The translations under genes and the position numbers were made by a program. DNA of 64,000 nt from Candidatus Taylorbacteria bacterium RIFCSPLOWO2_01_FULL_48_100 (lineage in GTDB: Bacteria; Patescibacteriota; Minisyncoccia; Phycocordibacterales; UBA10002): contig MHSA01000012.1 of NCBI GenBank assembly GCA_001821135.1, positions 6,341-70,340 on the forward strand, read 5' to 3'. Below the pieces are notes generated by a model. The model had not been told where the DNA came from, ran no database searches, and was given only the letters and a program-made list of their open reading frames with translations. Position 1 is the stretch's first letter. Each line of letters starts with the position of its first letter. Below, piece by piece: positions 55,436 to 64,000 of this stretch.

Positions 55436-55497
55436 TTATTTTAATTTTCCTGTTTTTGGTGTACTATGTACTTATTAAAAATTCGTTTTAATTTTTT

Positions 55498-55968
55498 ATG
55501 GCTGACACTGTCGTTCGTTTGACGAAAGAAAAGTTTGATGAGCTGTCGCAGGAGCTTGCGTCGCTTCAGACAGCGCGCCGCAAAGAAGTAGCGGAGAATC
55601 TTGAATATGCGAAGTCACTCGGCGACCTCTCCGAAAACGCCGAGTACCACGAGGCGCGCGCGACTCAGGCGCAGTTAGAAGACCGCATTGCAAAGCTGGA
55701 TTATCTATTAAAAAGCGCTACAATCGTGGAAGGCCGCAAGGCGGGCGATGCAATAGGCATCGGCTCCTCGGTGCTATTGCGGCGCGAAAAAGACAGTAAG
55801 GAGCTTACATACAAAATAGTAGGTTCGGAGGAGGGTGACATCACTGCCGGGCGCGTTTCTGCGGACTCACCGCTCGCGCAAGCGATGACTGGTAAAAAAA
55901 TCGGCAATACTTTCTTGGTCAAAACCCCTGCCGGCGAGAGTAAGTATGAAATATTGAAAATTGAATAA
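55498..55968 (+). CDS. greA: Transcription elongation factor GreA
   Basis: GDLSENAEYHEAR, SPLAQAM. Confidence 0.95.
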   Translation: MADTVVRLTKEKFDELSQELASLQTARRKEVAENLEYAKSLGDLSENAEYHEARATQAQLEDRIAKLDYLLKSATIVEGRKAGDAIGIGSSVLLRREKDSKELTYKIVGSEEGDITAGRVSADSPLAQAMTGKKIGNTFLVKTPAGESKYEILKIE

Positions 55969-55974
55969 GTTTTC

Positions 55975-57180
55975 TTACGGCAAGAACTGCTTGAACCATT
56001 CCGAGATAGTATTTTTCGCGCGCCGCGCGCTTTCCATTCCAAACGATAGCGATTGTCCTGTTTCCAAGAGTCCCATATTGGCTAGACCGTATGCTACAGA
56101 CCAGCTTGCATCTTTTATTTGGCTTTTTCCATTTTCTACTGCGAGCGAGTTTGCAATACGAGCAGGAAGTCGTAGCGCCGCTTTCGCGAGGTCGTCTATC
56201 GTTGCTAGCGATGAGCCGCCGCCGGTTAGAACAACTCCAGCGGGAAGAAGCCCGCTCCTCCCGATTTTTTTCAGGTGCGCTTCAATAAGTTCAAATATGT
56301 CAGTGAGACGCGCCGCAATAATTTCATCCAGCTTTTTCTTCGGAAATGTCGTGCCGGTAATCGCGCCGCGCTTCACGCTCTCGGCTTCTTCCAGAGGAAT
56401 GCGGAGCCCAAGCGCGATATCGTTGGTCACATTACCGCCTCCGACCGGGAACACCTCAAGTGAAATAGGTATATTGTTTTCAAACACAGCAATAGAAACT
56501 GTTTCAGAACCGATATTTGCAAGCACAACTCCAGCGACTTTTTGCGCGCGCGTAAGAGTCACTGTGCTAGCCGCAAGAGGCGATGGTACCGTTCTTTCTA
56601 CTGCGATGTCGGCTGCTTCCACTGCTTCCAGAAGATTTTCCATATGTTGTCCCATACAAGAAACAAAGAACGAACGCGCTTCAAGCTTTGCACCCTTAAG
56701 TCCAACAGGTGAAGATGGAATGGATTTACCGTCAATTTTGTATTGCAGGACTGTTTGATAAATAACACGCTTGTTTTGAAGAAATGAAGATGGAATTGCG
56801 TTCTGACTTGCTTCCTCGGCTTTTTCTGCGTCAAGCGCCGTGATTTCAGAGTCAGCACGCGAAACCGCAATACTTCCGGAAGCGGTTATTGACGAAAGCC
56901 CGATTCCGCATACGCCGACCACAGCGCGCCGTGGCGTTACACCAGCTACTTTTGCTGCGGCTGCGACCGCGGCGCGCACCGCCTTTGCTGTTTCTTCCGG
57001 ATGTTCTATATATCCTTGCCGTACGCCGAATGTCTCGGCTGATCCGCAACCTAAAATATTAGGCACTGGGTCGCCTGCCTGCCCTGCGTGCGCAGGCATG
57101 GCAGGCAGACCGTGCGCCATAATGAGCGCTTTCACGCGCGCTGTCCCTATATCAATTCCGCAGGAGATTCTTTGAGCCAC
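55975..57180 (-). CDS. ftsA: Cell division protein FtsA
   Basis: GIDIGT, NIGSETV, GGGNVTNDIA, AESVK, GVVLTGGGS. Confidence 0.92.
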   Translation of the reverse strand: MAQRISCGIDIGTARVKALIMAHGLPAMPAHAGQAGDPVPNILGCGSAETFGVRQGYIEHPEETAKAVRAAVAAAAKVAGVTPRRAVVGVCGIGLSSITASGSIAVSRADSEITALDAEKAEEASQNAIPSSFLQNKRVIYQTVLQYKIDGKSIPSSPVGLKGAKLEARSFFVSCMGQHMENLLEAVEAADIAVERTVPSPLAASTVTLTRAQKVAGVVLANIGSETVSIAVFENNIPISLEVFPVGGGNVTNDIALGLRIPLEEAESVKRGAITGTTFPKKKLDEIIAARLTDIFELIEAHLKKIGRSGLLPAGVVLTGGGSSLATIDDLAKAALRLPARIANSLAVENGKSQIKDASWSVAYGLANMGLLETGQSLSFGMESARRAKNTISEWFKQFLP

Positions 57181-57193
57181 GAGTTTATTGGCG

Positions 57194-57592
57194 TCATGGT
57201 TCCGGCAGTCTAAAAAATTTACACAGCCGTCTTTCTGACTGTGTCATTGTAGCGCTATGTGTCTCTCCTTTCAAATGGAGCAAACCGTGGATAAATAGGT
57301 ACGAGATGCGAGCAGACGGAAGAACGCCTTCGCGTCGGGCCTCTCGCGCCGCAATTTCCGGACAAATGAAGACCTCGCCGTCGCTTTCAGCCAGTCGGAA
57401 CGCAAGCACATTCGGAACATACGATTTTTTACGATATACGCGGTTCAAGGCGCGCATGCGCGCTTTTCCGGCAAAAATGAGGCATACGGAGAATCTTTTG
57501 CCGACCGTTTTGTTTTTTATGCGCGTAAAAAGCGCGCTTTGTGAGAGCTTTTTGTTACGCGTCAGGTTAGTGATGGAGAGAGAGCCGTTCAT
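57194..57592 (-). CDS. ybeY: rRNA maturation endoribonuclease YbeY
   Basis: LNRVYRKK..PNVLAF, HGLLHLKGETH. Confidence 0.9.
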   Translation of the reverse strand: MNGSLSITNLTRNKKLSQSALFTRIKNKTVGKRFSVCLIFAGKARMRALNRVYRKKSYVPNVLAFRLAESDGEVFICPEIAAREARREGVLPSARISYLFIHGLLHLKGETHSATMTQSERRLCKFFRLPEP

Positions 57593-57834
57593 CTCCGCCT
57601 TTTTTCAACCTCTTTTATTTTTCCGAGCTTGGACATCTCTTCGTATGCTTCGCGTCTGTTGATGCGCTTCAACGCGTGTGTCTTGCGTTTGTATTTTGAC
57701 GGCGCACGCTCAAAAAACCGTATGGAACGGACGCGGTTTAATACGCCAGAACCCTGCACACGCTTGGTAAAACGCCGTAGGAAGCTCACATTGTTTTCGT
57801 TGTCGTCACGAACGACTTCTGCGTTTGCAATCAT
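57589..57834 (-). CDS. rpsU: 30S ribosomal protein S21-like
   Basis: ENNVSFLRRFTKRVQGSGVL..RFFERAPS. Confidence 0.75.
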   Translation of the reverse strand: MIANAEVVRDDNENNVSFLRRFTKRVQGSGVLNRVRSIRFFERAPSKYKRKTHALKRINRREAYEEMSKLGKIKEVEKRRR

Positions 57835-57863
57835 AGATAGAGACACAGCGTAGCGCGTTTCTT

Positions 57864-58985
57864 TTATTTAAGCAAGCGCTTTAGGAAGCCGGCGAGCTTT
57901 TCAACAGGTAATGTTTCTTGGAAGCTTCGCTCGCGGTCGCGCACGAGCGCTGTATCATCAAGCGCTTCTTTTTGTCCTATAATTATGAAATATGGGGTCT
58001 TCAACGATTCAGCGTGCGCAATTTGCGTGGACAATTTCTCGCATGCGATTGATTGTGCGACGGGAAGCCCCGCATTTCGCAAGAGTTCCATAATGTGCAA
58101 GCTGCGTAGTTTCGCTTCAGCTCCAAGCTGGATGAAATAAATGTTTGGACTGCGCGGCGCGGCGCTTCGCGCCCGCGCTTGCCCAGCGCGCCCGCGTACA
58201 AACAGCGTCGCGCCGAGGCATGGTATTTCGCGTCGCGCTCCTGCGCGGCGCGCTAGGTGGTTGTAACGGAACCCCGATGCGAGCACCTCTCCGTTTTCAG
58301 CGCGCATTTCAAAAATGGTATGCGAGCAAATACCGGCAGGTCCGACAAGGTGTTCTTTGATGTCGTACGGTAGGTTTAATCGCTCCAGATACTCAAGCAC
58401 TTCTTTGAAATGCGCGCGCGACGCATCCGACAAGAAGCTTATTGGCTTCGGCGCATTCTCGCGTAGTGCTACGCAGACGCCGTGTTCACACGAAAGTAGC
58501 GAGCACACATTTTCTTTGAGTGCCTGACGGCATGGCGCGTGCATATCGGCAATATTTTTTCTATAAAATGCAGAAAGTTCGCGTGTAAATCTGCCGAACG
58601 AATCACGGTCTCCAAGCGAGTTGAGGTATAGCGTTACAGGTTCCGCGACAGTTGCGCGAAGCGTTTCAATAGCGGTTTTTATGAGAATTGCTTCCGCTAT
58701 GCTTTTATACGACCCAAGAAGGTCAAGATGCGCCGAGAGCATATCGGATTCCTTCCCGCGCGTTTCGCGGTAGAGCATTACTGGTTGTGGCATTCGGTCC
58801 ATCTTTTCTTCTTCATATCTGCGAATGAGCGCCATTTTTTCTTCCACGCGGTCTTCGCGCTCTACGCGCGCCGCCTCTATCGGCACGAATCCGTAATAGA
58901 TTGGTATTTCGGAGACACGCGAAAGTCCGAACGCAGTGCGCGCTGGCGGTGCGGAAAATGTGCGTTCTGGTACTGGTGGGTGCAT
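57864..58985 (-). CDS. Degenerate histidyl-tRNA synthetase-like protein
   Basis: LYLNSLG, SHTIFE, GFRYNHL, anticodon-binding domain IIIGQKEA; motif 2 eroded. Confidence 0.65.
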   Translation of the reverse strand: MHPPVPERTFSAPPARTAFGLSRVSEIPIYYGFVPIEAARVEREDRVEEKMALIRRYEEEKMDRMPQPVMLYRETRGKESDMLSAHLDLLGSYKSIAEAILIKTAIETLRATVAEPVTLYLNSLGDRDSFGRFTRELSAFYRKNIADMHAPCRQALKENVCSLLSCEHGVCVALRENAPKPISFLSDASRAHFKEVLEYLERLNLPYDIKEHLVGPAGICSHTIFEMRAENGEVLASGFRYNHLARRAGARREIPCLGATLFVRGRAGQARARSAAPRSPNIYFIQLGAEAKLRSLHIMELLRNAGLPVAQSIACEKLSTQIAHAESLKTPYFIIIGQKEALDDTALVRDRERSFQETLPVEKLAGFLKRLLK

Positions 58986-58995
58986 ATGATTAAAA

Positions 58996-59493
58996 TTACG
59001 GAACAAGAGTAGTTGTCGTTGCTCCTGGGAAAAATCCGATTTGCGTAAGCGGCCACAGGCGCAGAAATGCGCGACCCTTGATATTTGCGCGCGGAAGAGG
59101 GCCCCAATAGCGCGAATCAAAACTCTCGTTGCGATTGTCTCCTTCTACGAAATATTCGCCATCTTTAAGAATTACGCTGTTCGTTAGGCCTTGCACGGTG
59201 CTTAATTTCTCAGGAAATAAAAATTCTACAGTTTCCCCCGGGAGCCCTATCACGCGCTTAATCAGATATTTACTCGGCTCAACGGGCGAGCGAAAGATGA
59301 CCACCTCGCTCTTCGTGGGCTCGCGGAATCTGTACGAAAGTTCGTCAACTATAAGATAGTCATTGTTGTGGAACGAAGGGACCATTGAGTCGCCCGATAC
59401 GAGGAATGGTTGAGCAATTAGGAGGCGGAATGGAATAACAATAACTGCGGCAATCACTGCAAAATGGAAAATCTCTGCAATTTTTTTCGCCAT
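58996..59493 (-). CDS. lepB: Signal peptidase I
   Basis: VSGDSMVP, IKRVIGLPGE, GDNRNESFDSR. Confidence 0.95.
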   Translation of the reverse strand: MAKKIAEIFHFAVIAAVIVIPFRLLIAQPFLVSGDSMVPSFHNNDYLIVDELSYRFREPTKSEVVIFRSPVEPSKYLIKRVIGLPGETVEFLFPEKLSTVQGLTNSVILKDGEYFVEGDNRNESFDSRYWGPLPRANIKGRAFLRLWPLTQIGFFPGATTTTLVP

Positions 59494-59576
59494 ACGGATA
59501 TATTATAGCGCGCACGGCGCGCGACACAAGAAAAAAGTTGTGGCGTGACGCTCAATATCGTGGTATGTTATAAAAA

Positions 59577-60095
59577 ATGTTGTACACGATAGTCGGACTT
59601 GGAAATCCTGGAGAAAAATACGAGCAAACGCGCCACAACGCTGGGCGTATGGCGGTTTTGGCGTTGAAAGATGTGTCCGCAAGAATCATAACCCCCGACA
59701 CTTTTATGAATAAGTCGGGAGAGGCGGTGAAGCCACTTATAAAGAACGCGAAACAGGCGGAAAAGCTTGTTGTTGTTCACGACGACCTTGATGTGCCGTT
59801 TGGAACATTCAAGATTTCTTTCAACAAAAGCTCCGGCGGACACAAAGGAGTGGAATCAATCATCCGTGCTGTGAAAACACAGGCGTTCACGCGCATCCGC
59901 ATAGGCATTTCACCCATTACATCAGGAGGAAAATTAAAGAAGCCGAAAGGCGAGGAGGATGTAGAGCGCCACATACTCGGCAAGTTCAAGCCCGCAGAGC
60001 TCGCGGTTCTCCAAAAATTGCACAAAAAAATAAACGAATCCGTTATCTGCCTAATAACCGAGGGGCGTGAAAAAGCGATGAATAGGTTTAATTAG
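59577..60095 (+). CDS. pth: Peptidyl-tRNA hydrolase
   Basis: VGLGNPG..YEQTRHNAG, TFMNKSG, HDDLD, GGHKG. Confidence 0.95.
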   Translation: MLYTIVGLGNPGEKYEQTRHNAGRMAVLALKDVSARIITPDTFMNKSGEAVKPLIKNAKQAEKLVVVHDDLDVPFGTFKISFNKSSGGHKGVESIIRAVKTQAFTRIRIGISPITSGGKLKKPKGEEDVERHILGKFKPAELAVLQKLHKKINESVICLITEGREKAMNRFN

Positions 60096-61284
60096 ATGTC
60101 TTGTACGACAGTGTCATCCTCTGCTCTTTTGGTTCAAAGATGGTGATGGTGAAGTTATAGGATTTTCCAAGTTCCAACGAAGAGCGCAGTTTCGTTTCAT
60201 CGCCGCCAAACTCGGAAATATGCACGAGCCCGGCGACACCTTCCTCAATAGACGCGAGCGCGCCGTATTTGTTGTACTTTATAATCACGCCCTGCACTGT
60301 GTCGCCTTTCTTAAATCGCTTTTCTGCATCCATCCATGGGTTCGGTTGGAGCGCTTTGATGGAGAGCGAAACCTTGCCATCTTTGATATCTATAATCTTC
60401 ACTTTTACCTTTTCGCCTGTCTTGTAACGCAGGCGCGGATTTTCTACCAACGCCCAATCCATTTCCGAAATATGTACAAGACCTTCAAGCCCGTCTTCAA
60501 TTTTTACAAACACACCGAAATCCACCGCGCCTGTTATCGCGCCGTCCATATCATCGCCAATCGTATACTTGCCGACCATCTGCGCGCGGTCTTTTTCCGT
60601 AAGTGCCTTCTCAGAAAAAATAAGCTTACCTTCTTTTGGAAGCACGGAAATAATCGCCACTGTTAGCTTTTGTCCAACAAGTTTTTTTAGTTCTTCAAGT
60701 ATTTTATCTTTATCTCCATCTTCAACACGCGGGTAGTGGTTTGCGCCGAGTTGGGACGCTGGGAGGAAGCCCTGGATTCCTTGCCATTCCATAATGAGAC
60801 CGCCCTTATTCGCTTCGCCAACCGAGATGTCAAACGATTTGTGTTCGCGCGACGCGGCTTCCGCGTCGCCCCAAAGCATCGCTTGGCGCGCTTCCTTGAG
60901 CGAGAGTTCTATGTAGCCGTGCTTACTGTCCGTCTCAATAACCTTCGCGGTTACAGAGTCGCCAATCAACACTTTCTTAAGAATTTCGCGAGCCGCAAGG
61001 TATTCGCGCCCGTAAATCACGCCAGTGCCAAACGGAGGCAGGTCTATGTAGATGCGGCCGCGAGCGTTCGCAATGACGATGCCTTCGGCGAGGTCGCCGA
61101 CTTTCGGTGGGTTCTTTACTCCTGCGAGCGCTTTTGCGCTAGGAGTCAATTCATTGATAATTTCTTTTCTCTCCTTGTGTTTATAGGAAGAAAGAGTAAC
61201 GGTTTTTGCCTCAGTCACAAAATTAAAAGGTAAGTTACTAATAAGTGCCTTTTCATCCCGACCGTAGTGGAGGGGATTATGCAT
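60088..61284 (-). CDS. rpsA: 30S ribosomal protein S1 (start may be GTG 61218)
   Basis: Four S1 repeats; GFLPASQL, GLVHISEM. Confidence 0.9.
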   Translation of the reverse strand: MHNPLHYGRDEKALISNLPFNFVTEAKTVTLSSYKHKERKEIINELTPSAKALAGVKNPPKVGDLAEGIVIANARGRIYIDLPPFGTGVIYGREYLAAREILKKVLIGDSVTAKVIETDSKHGYIELSLKEARQAMLWGDAEAASREHKSFDISVGEANKGGLIMEWQGIQGFLPASQLGANHYPRVEDGDKDKILEELKKLVGQKLTVAIISVLPKEGKLIFSEKALTEKDRAQMVGKYTIGDDMDGAITGAVDFGVFVKIEDGLEGLVHISEMDWALVENPRLRYKTGEKVKVKIIDIKDGKVSLSIKALQPNPWMDAEKRFKKGDTVQGVIIKYNKYGALASIEEGVAGLVHISEFGGDETKLRSSLELGKSYNFTITIFEPKEQRMTLSYKTSN

Positions 61285-61349
61285 ACGCGCCCCTTACGGG
61301 ACAGGCGACTTTAATATAGCAGAAATTATCTGTAATGTATACTACCCTT

Positions 61350-64000
61350 ATGAAGGAAGCGGTGTTTAATGAGTTGTACAAAAATCTGAACGCAGAACAG
61401 CGCGAGGCGGTGGATGCGATTCAGGGTCCTGTGATGGTGATTGCCGGTCCTGGGACGGGGAAGACATCTATACTCACTTTGCGCATCGCAAACATACTGA
61501 AGCGCACCGACACGCCCGCGGACACAATTCTTGCGCTTTCATTTACCGAAGCGGGCGTGTCCGCGATGCGCAAAAAGATATTGGGAATAATCGGGCCGCG
61601 CGCGTACGAAGTGCGGATTCACACCTTTCATAGTTTTGCGAACGACTTGATAAAAAGGTATCCAGAGGCGTTTCCGCGCATTGTCGGCTCTGAGCATATG
61701 GAGGACTTGGAACAAGTGAAGATTGTGGAAGAATTGCTAAACAAGTATGCTTCTGAAAAATTGCGGCCAAAAAACAATCCAACATACTATGTTTTACCCG
61801 TGATTGATGCCATAAGGCAATTAAAACGAGAGGCAGTGTCGCCGAAGGAGTTTGAGAAGTTGTTGAAAAATGTAGAAAAAAATGAAAAGCACACGCGAAG
61901 CAAAGAACTTGCAAAACTCTACCATGCATACGAAAAGGAATTGCGCCGACGGCGTTTGTACGACTTTGAAGATATGATTACAGAGGCGGTGGGTGCGCTC
62001 CAGACGGCACCGGAGTTTAAGCAGGAATTGCAGGAGGAGTATCAATACATTCTCGCCGACGAGCATCAGGATGCGAACCGAAGCCAGAACCGTCTGTTGG
62101 AACTTCTCTGCGATTACGATACTGCTCCTAACTTGTTTATCGTCGGCGACGAGAAGCAGGCGATTTTCCGTTTTCAAGGCGCATCACTGGAAAACTTTTT
62201 GTATTTCAAGCGGCGGTTTCCGAAAGCGCGCATCATCGCGCTTGTGCACAATTATCGCTCCCAACCCACTGTGCTCGTGGCGGCACATTCGCTAATAGGC
62301 AAGTCCGTGGCGGCGGGAAGCATCTTCCACATAGAACTCGCGGCGCGTGCAGGGCACGCGCCGCTCCAAATACAAATTGCCGAAGCAGCAGATGAACGCG
62401 ATGAGCTTGCGTGGCTATCGGGCAAAATTGAGCGGATGATTAAAAAGGGAACTTTACCGGAAGAAATCGCCGTACTTGTGCGCGAGAATAGAGATGCGGA
62501 GAAGGTAGAACGCGCGCTTCGCGCGCGCGGAATACCAGCCGTTCGTCGTGGAGACGCAAATGCACTTGACTCGGTGCGCATAGATGCTTTGCGAAAGTTG
62601 TGCGCGGCAATTCTTGAACCGTCCAACGATGCGCTTCTCGCTCCCGTTTTGTTTTTTGATTTTCTGAAGTTACCCGCGCTCTCGGTTATTGATATGGTGC
62701 GCGATAAAGACAAAGGTTTTCTTATTCGCCGAATGGCGCGGTACGGAAAGGAATGCGAGAAAATGCAGGAAAAAATTTTGGAGTGGAACAAGATTTCGCA
62801 CAACGAACCGCTTGTTGAAGCGGTTGAAAGCATTGCGCGCGAGTCGGGTTTTATTGAACAAATGCTCGCGCGAGAAGACGCGCGTGAAGAGCTTCGCGCA
62901 TATGCGGTATTTCTCGGAAGCGCGGAGCGCCTCGCGGAGCGCGATAAACGCGCGAAGTTGGTCGATTTCACCGCGCGTCTCGCGCGAGCGGAGGCGCACG
63001 GTATCGGTATCGCGGCATCACGCGAAGCGCATAGCGGCGTACAAGTGATGACAGCGCACAAAGCAAAAGGTTTGGAATTTGATGCCGTGTTTATCGTGTT
63101 CGCACAGGAAGGGAAGTGGGGAGGAAGGCGAAGCCGCACGCTGTTCGATTTACCTATATATGCAGATACAAAAGAAAATACAGATGACGGTTCGCACGAC
63201 GAGCGGCGGCTCTTCTATGTTGCGCTTACGCGCGCGCGCAAGGAAGTGTTTGTGAGTTGGCACGCCACAAACGAGGACGGCCGCGCGCTCCTCCCTAGCC
63301 GTTTTATTTTTGAGATGGAGGAAAAGACGAGGGAGCATATACAAATTACATCCCTCCCCCTCGCTCCGCTCGGGTACTCCCCTCAAGGTGAGAATAAAAG
63401 AGATTCCCCTTTGGAAGGGGGTGTCTCCAGTAGGGAGACGGGGGATGTTTTGCAAAACAAGAAATATCTGAACTTTTTATTCCTCAATCAGGGTTTTGCC
63501 GTAACGCATCTCAATAATTTTCTGGAATGTCCTCGCAAATACTTTTTCTTAAACTTGGTGCGCTTGCCGCGCGCACAGTCGGGCGCGGAACTGTACGGTT
63601 CGGCAATACATACCGCGCTCGCGGCGCACTTCAATGCGTACCGTCGCGATGAAGACAAGCCGTTTGCCGACACCTACCGCATTTTTGAGGGCGCACTGCG
63701 GCGCACGCATCTATCGCTTTTGGATTTTAGAGAATATCTGGCGCAGGGGAAAAAAGAGTTGAAGGGTTATCTTTCTTCGCGCGCGTTCCCGCGCGCGTGT
63801 TGGAACGAATATCATATCGCCGGTGTTATGCTGAAAGTTGGAAAAGAAGAATTAGAACTCACGGGCAACTTGGATAAAGTTGGGATGTTATCAAATGGAA
63901 GTGTGTCAGTAATTGACTACAAAACAGGGAAGCCGCGAACGCGGAACGAGATTTTAGGAAAGACAAAAACGAGCGACGGCAACTATTATCGCCAACTCGT
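61350..64000 (+). CDS. UvrD/PcrA-like helicase fused to a C-terminal PD-(D/E)XK nuclease (runs off the window)
   Basis: AGPGTGKT, DEHQD, VGDEKQAIFRFQGA, TAHKAKGLEF, YVALTRAR, then ECPRKY..GSAIH..GNLDKV..IDYKTG. Confidence 0.9.
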   Translation, partial: MKEAVFNELYKNLNAEQREAVDAIQGPVMVIAGPGTGKTSILTLRIANILKRTDTPADTILALSFTEAGVSAMRKKILGIIGPRAYEVRIHTFHSFANDLIKRYPEAFPRIVGSEHMEDLEQVKIVEELLNKYASEKLRPKNNPTYYVLPVIDAIRQLKREAVSPKEFEKLLKNVEKNEKHTRSKELAKLYHAYEKELRRRRLYDFEDMITEAVGALQTAPEFKQELQEEYQYILADEHQDANRSQNRLLELLCDYDTAPNLFIVGDEKQAIFRFQGASLENFLYFKRRFPKARIIALVHNYRSQPTVLVAAHSLIGKSVAAGSIFHIELAARAGHAPLQIQIAEAADERDELAWLSGKIERMIKKGTLPEEIAVLVRENRDAEKVERALRARGIPAVRRGDANALDSVRIDALRKLCAAILEPSNDALLAPVLFFDFLKLPALSVIDMVRDKDKGFLIRRMARYGKECEKMQEKILEWNKISHNEPLVEAVESIARESGFIEQMLAREDAREELRAYAVFLGSAERLAERDKRAKLVDFTARLARAEAHGIGIAASREAHSGVQVMTAHKAKGLEFDAVFIVFAQEGKWGGRRSRTLFDLPIYADTKENTDDGSHDERRLFYVALTRARKEVFVSWHATNEDGRALLPSRFIFEMEEKTREHIQITSLPLAPLGYSPQGENKRDSPLEGGVSSRETGDVLQNKKYLNFLFLNQGFAVTHLNNFLECPRKYFFLNLVRLPRAQSGAELYGSAIHTALAAHFNAYRRDEDKPFADTYRIFEGALRRTHLSLLDFREYLAQGKKELKGYLSSRAFPRACWNEYHIAGVMLKVGKEELELTGNLDKVGMLSNGSVSVIDYKTGKPRTRNEILGKTKTSDGNYYRQL

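Noticed and set aside
63348-63470. Frameshift in uvrD caused by the repeat
   Set aside because: Translation in the 61350 frame stays open into the nuclease domain
1-64000. CRISPR array
   Set aside because: Repeats are dispersed or nested; there is no run of regularly spaced direct repeats with unique spacers and no cas genes

Overview
This looks like a chromosomal segment of a Patescibacteria/CPR (Parcubacteria-like) bacterium using the standard genetic code; the assignment is inferred from gene content. Housekeeping genes include gyrA, rpmE, prfA, rpsB, tsf, dprA, serS, dnaX, alr, rpmG, miaA, parB, lepA, valS, mreBC, a PBP2, greA, ftsA, ybeY, rpsU, lepB, pth, rpsA and a UvrD-nuclease fusion. 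There are seven tRNAs, one of which (tRNA-Phe) is split by a group I intron. Accessory content comprises a six-gene VirB2/TrbC-like pilin array, an HNH + methyltransferase RM pair, a HEPN + type IIG RM islet, two free-standing LAGLIDADG-like genes, a DUF3800 gene and a PemK remnant each next to a candidate small RNA, and a DGR-target-like gene. The most striking non-annotated signal is a set of short palindromic elements. Filled-versus-empty comparisons within the window show them nested inside one another, and they sit in-frame in at least seven conserved proteins. All calls come from reading the sequence; no database searches were run.
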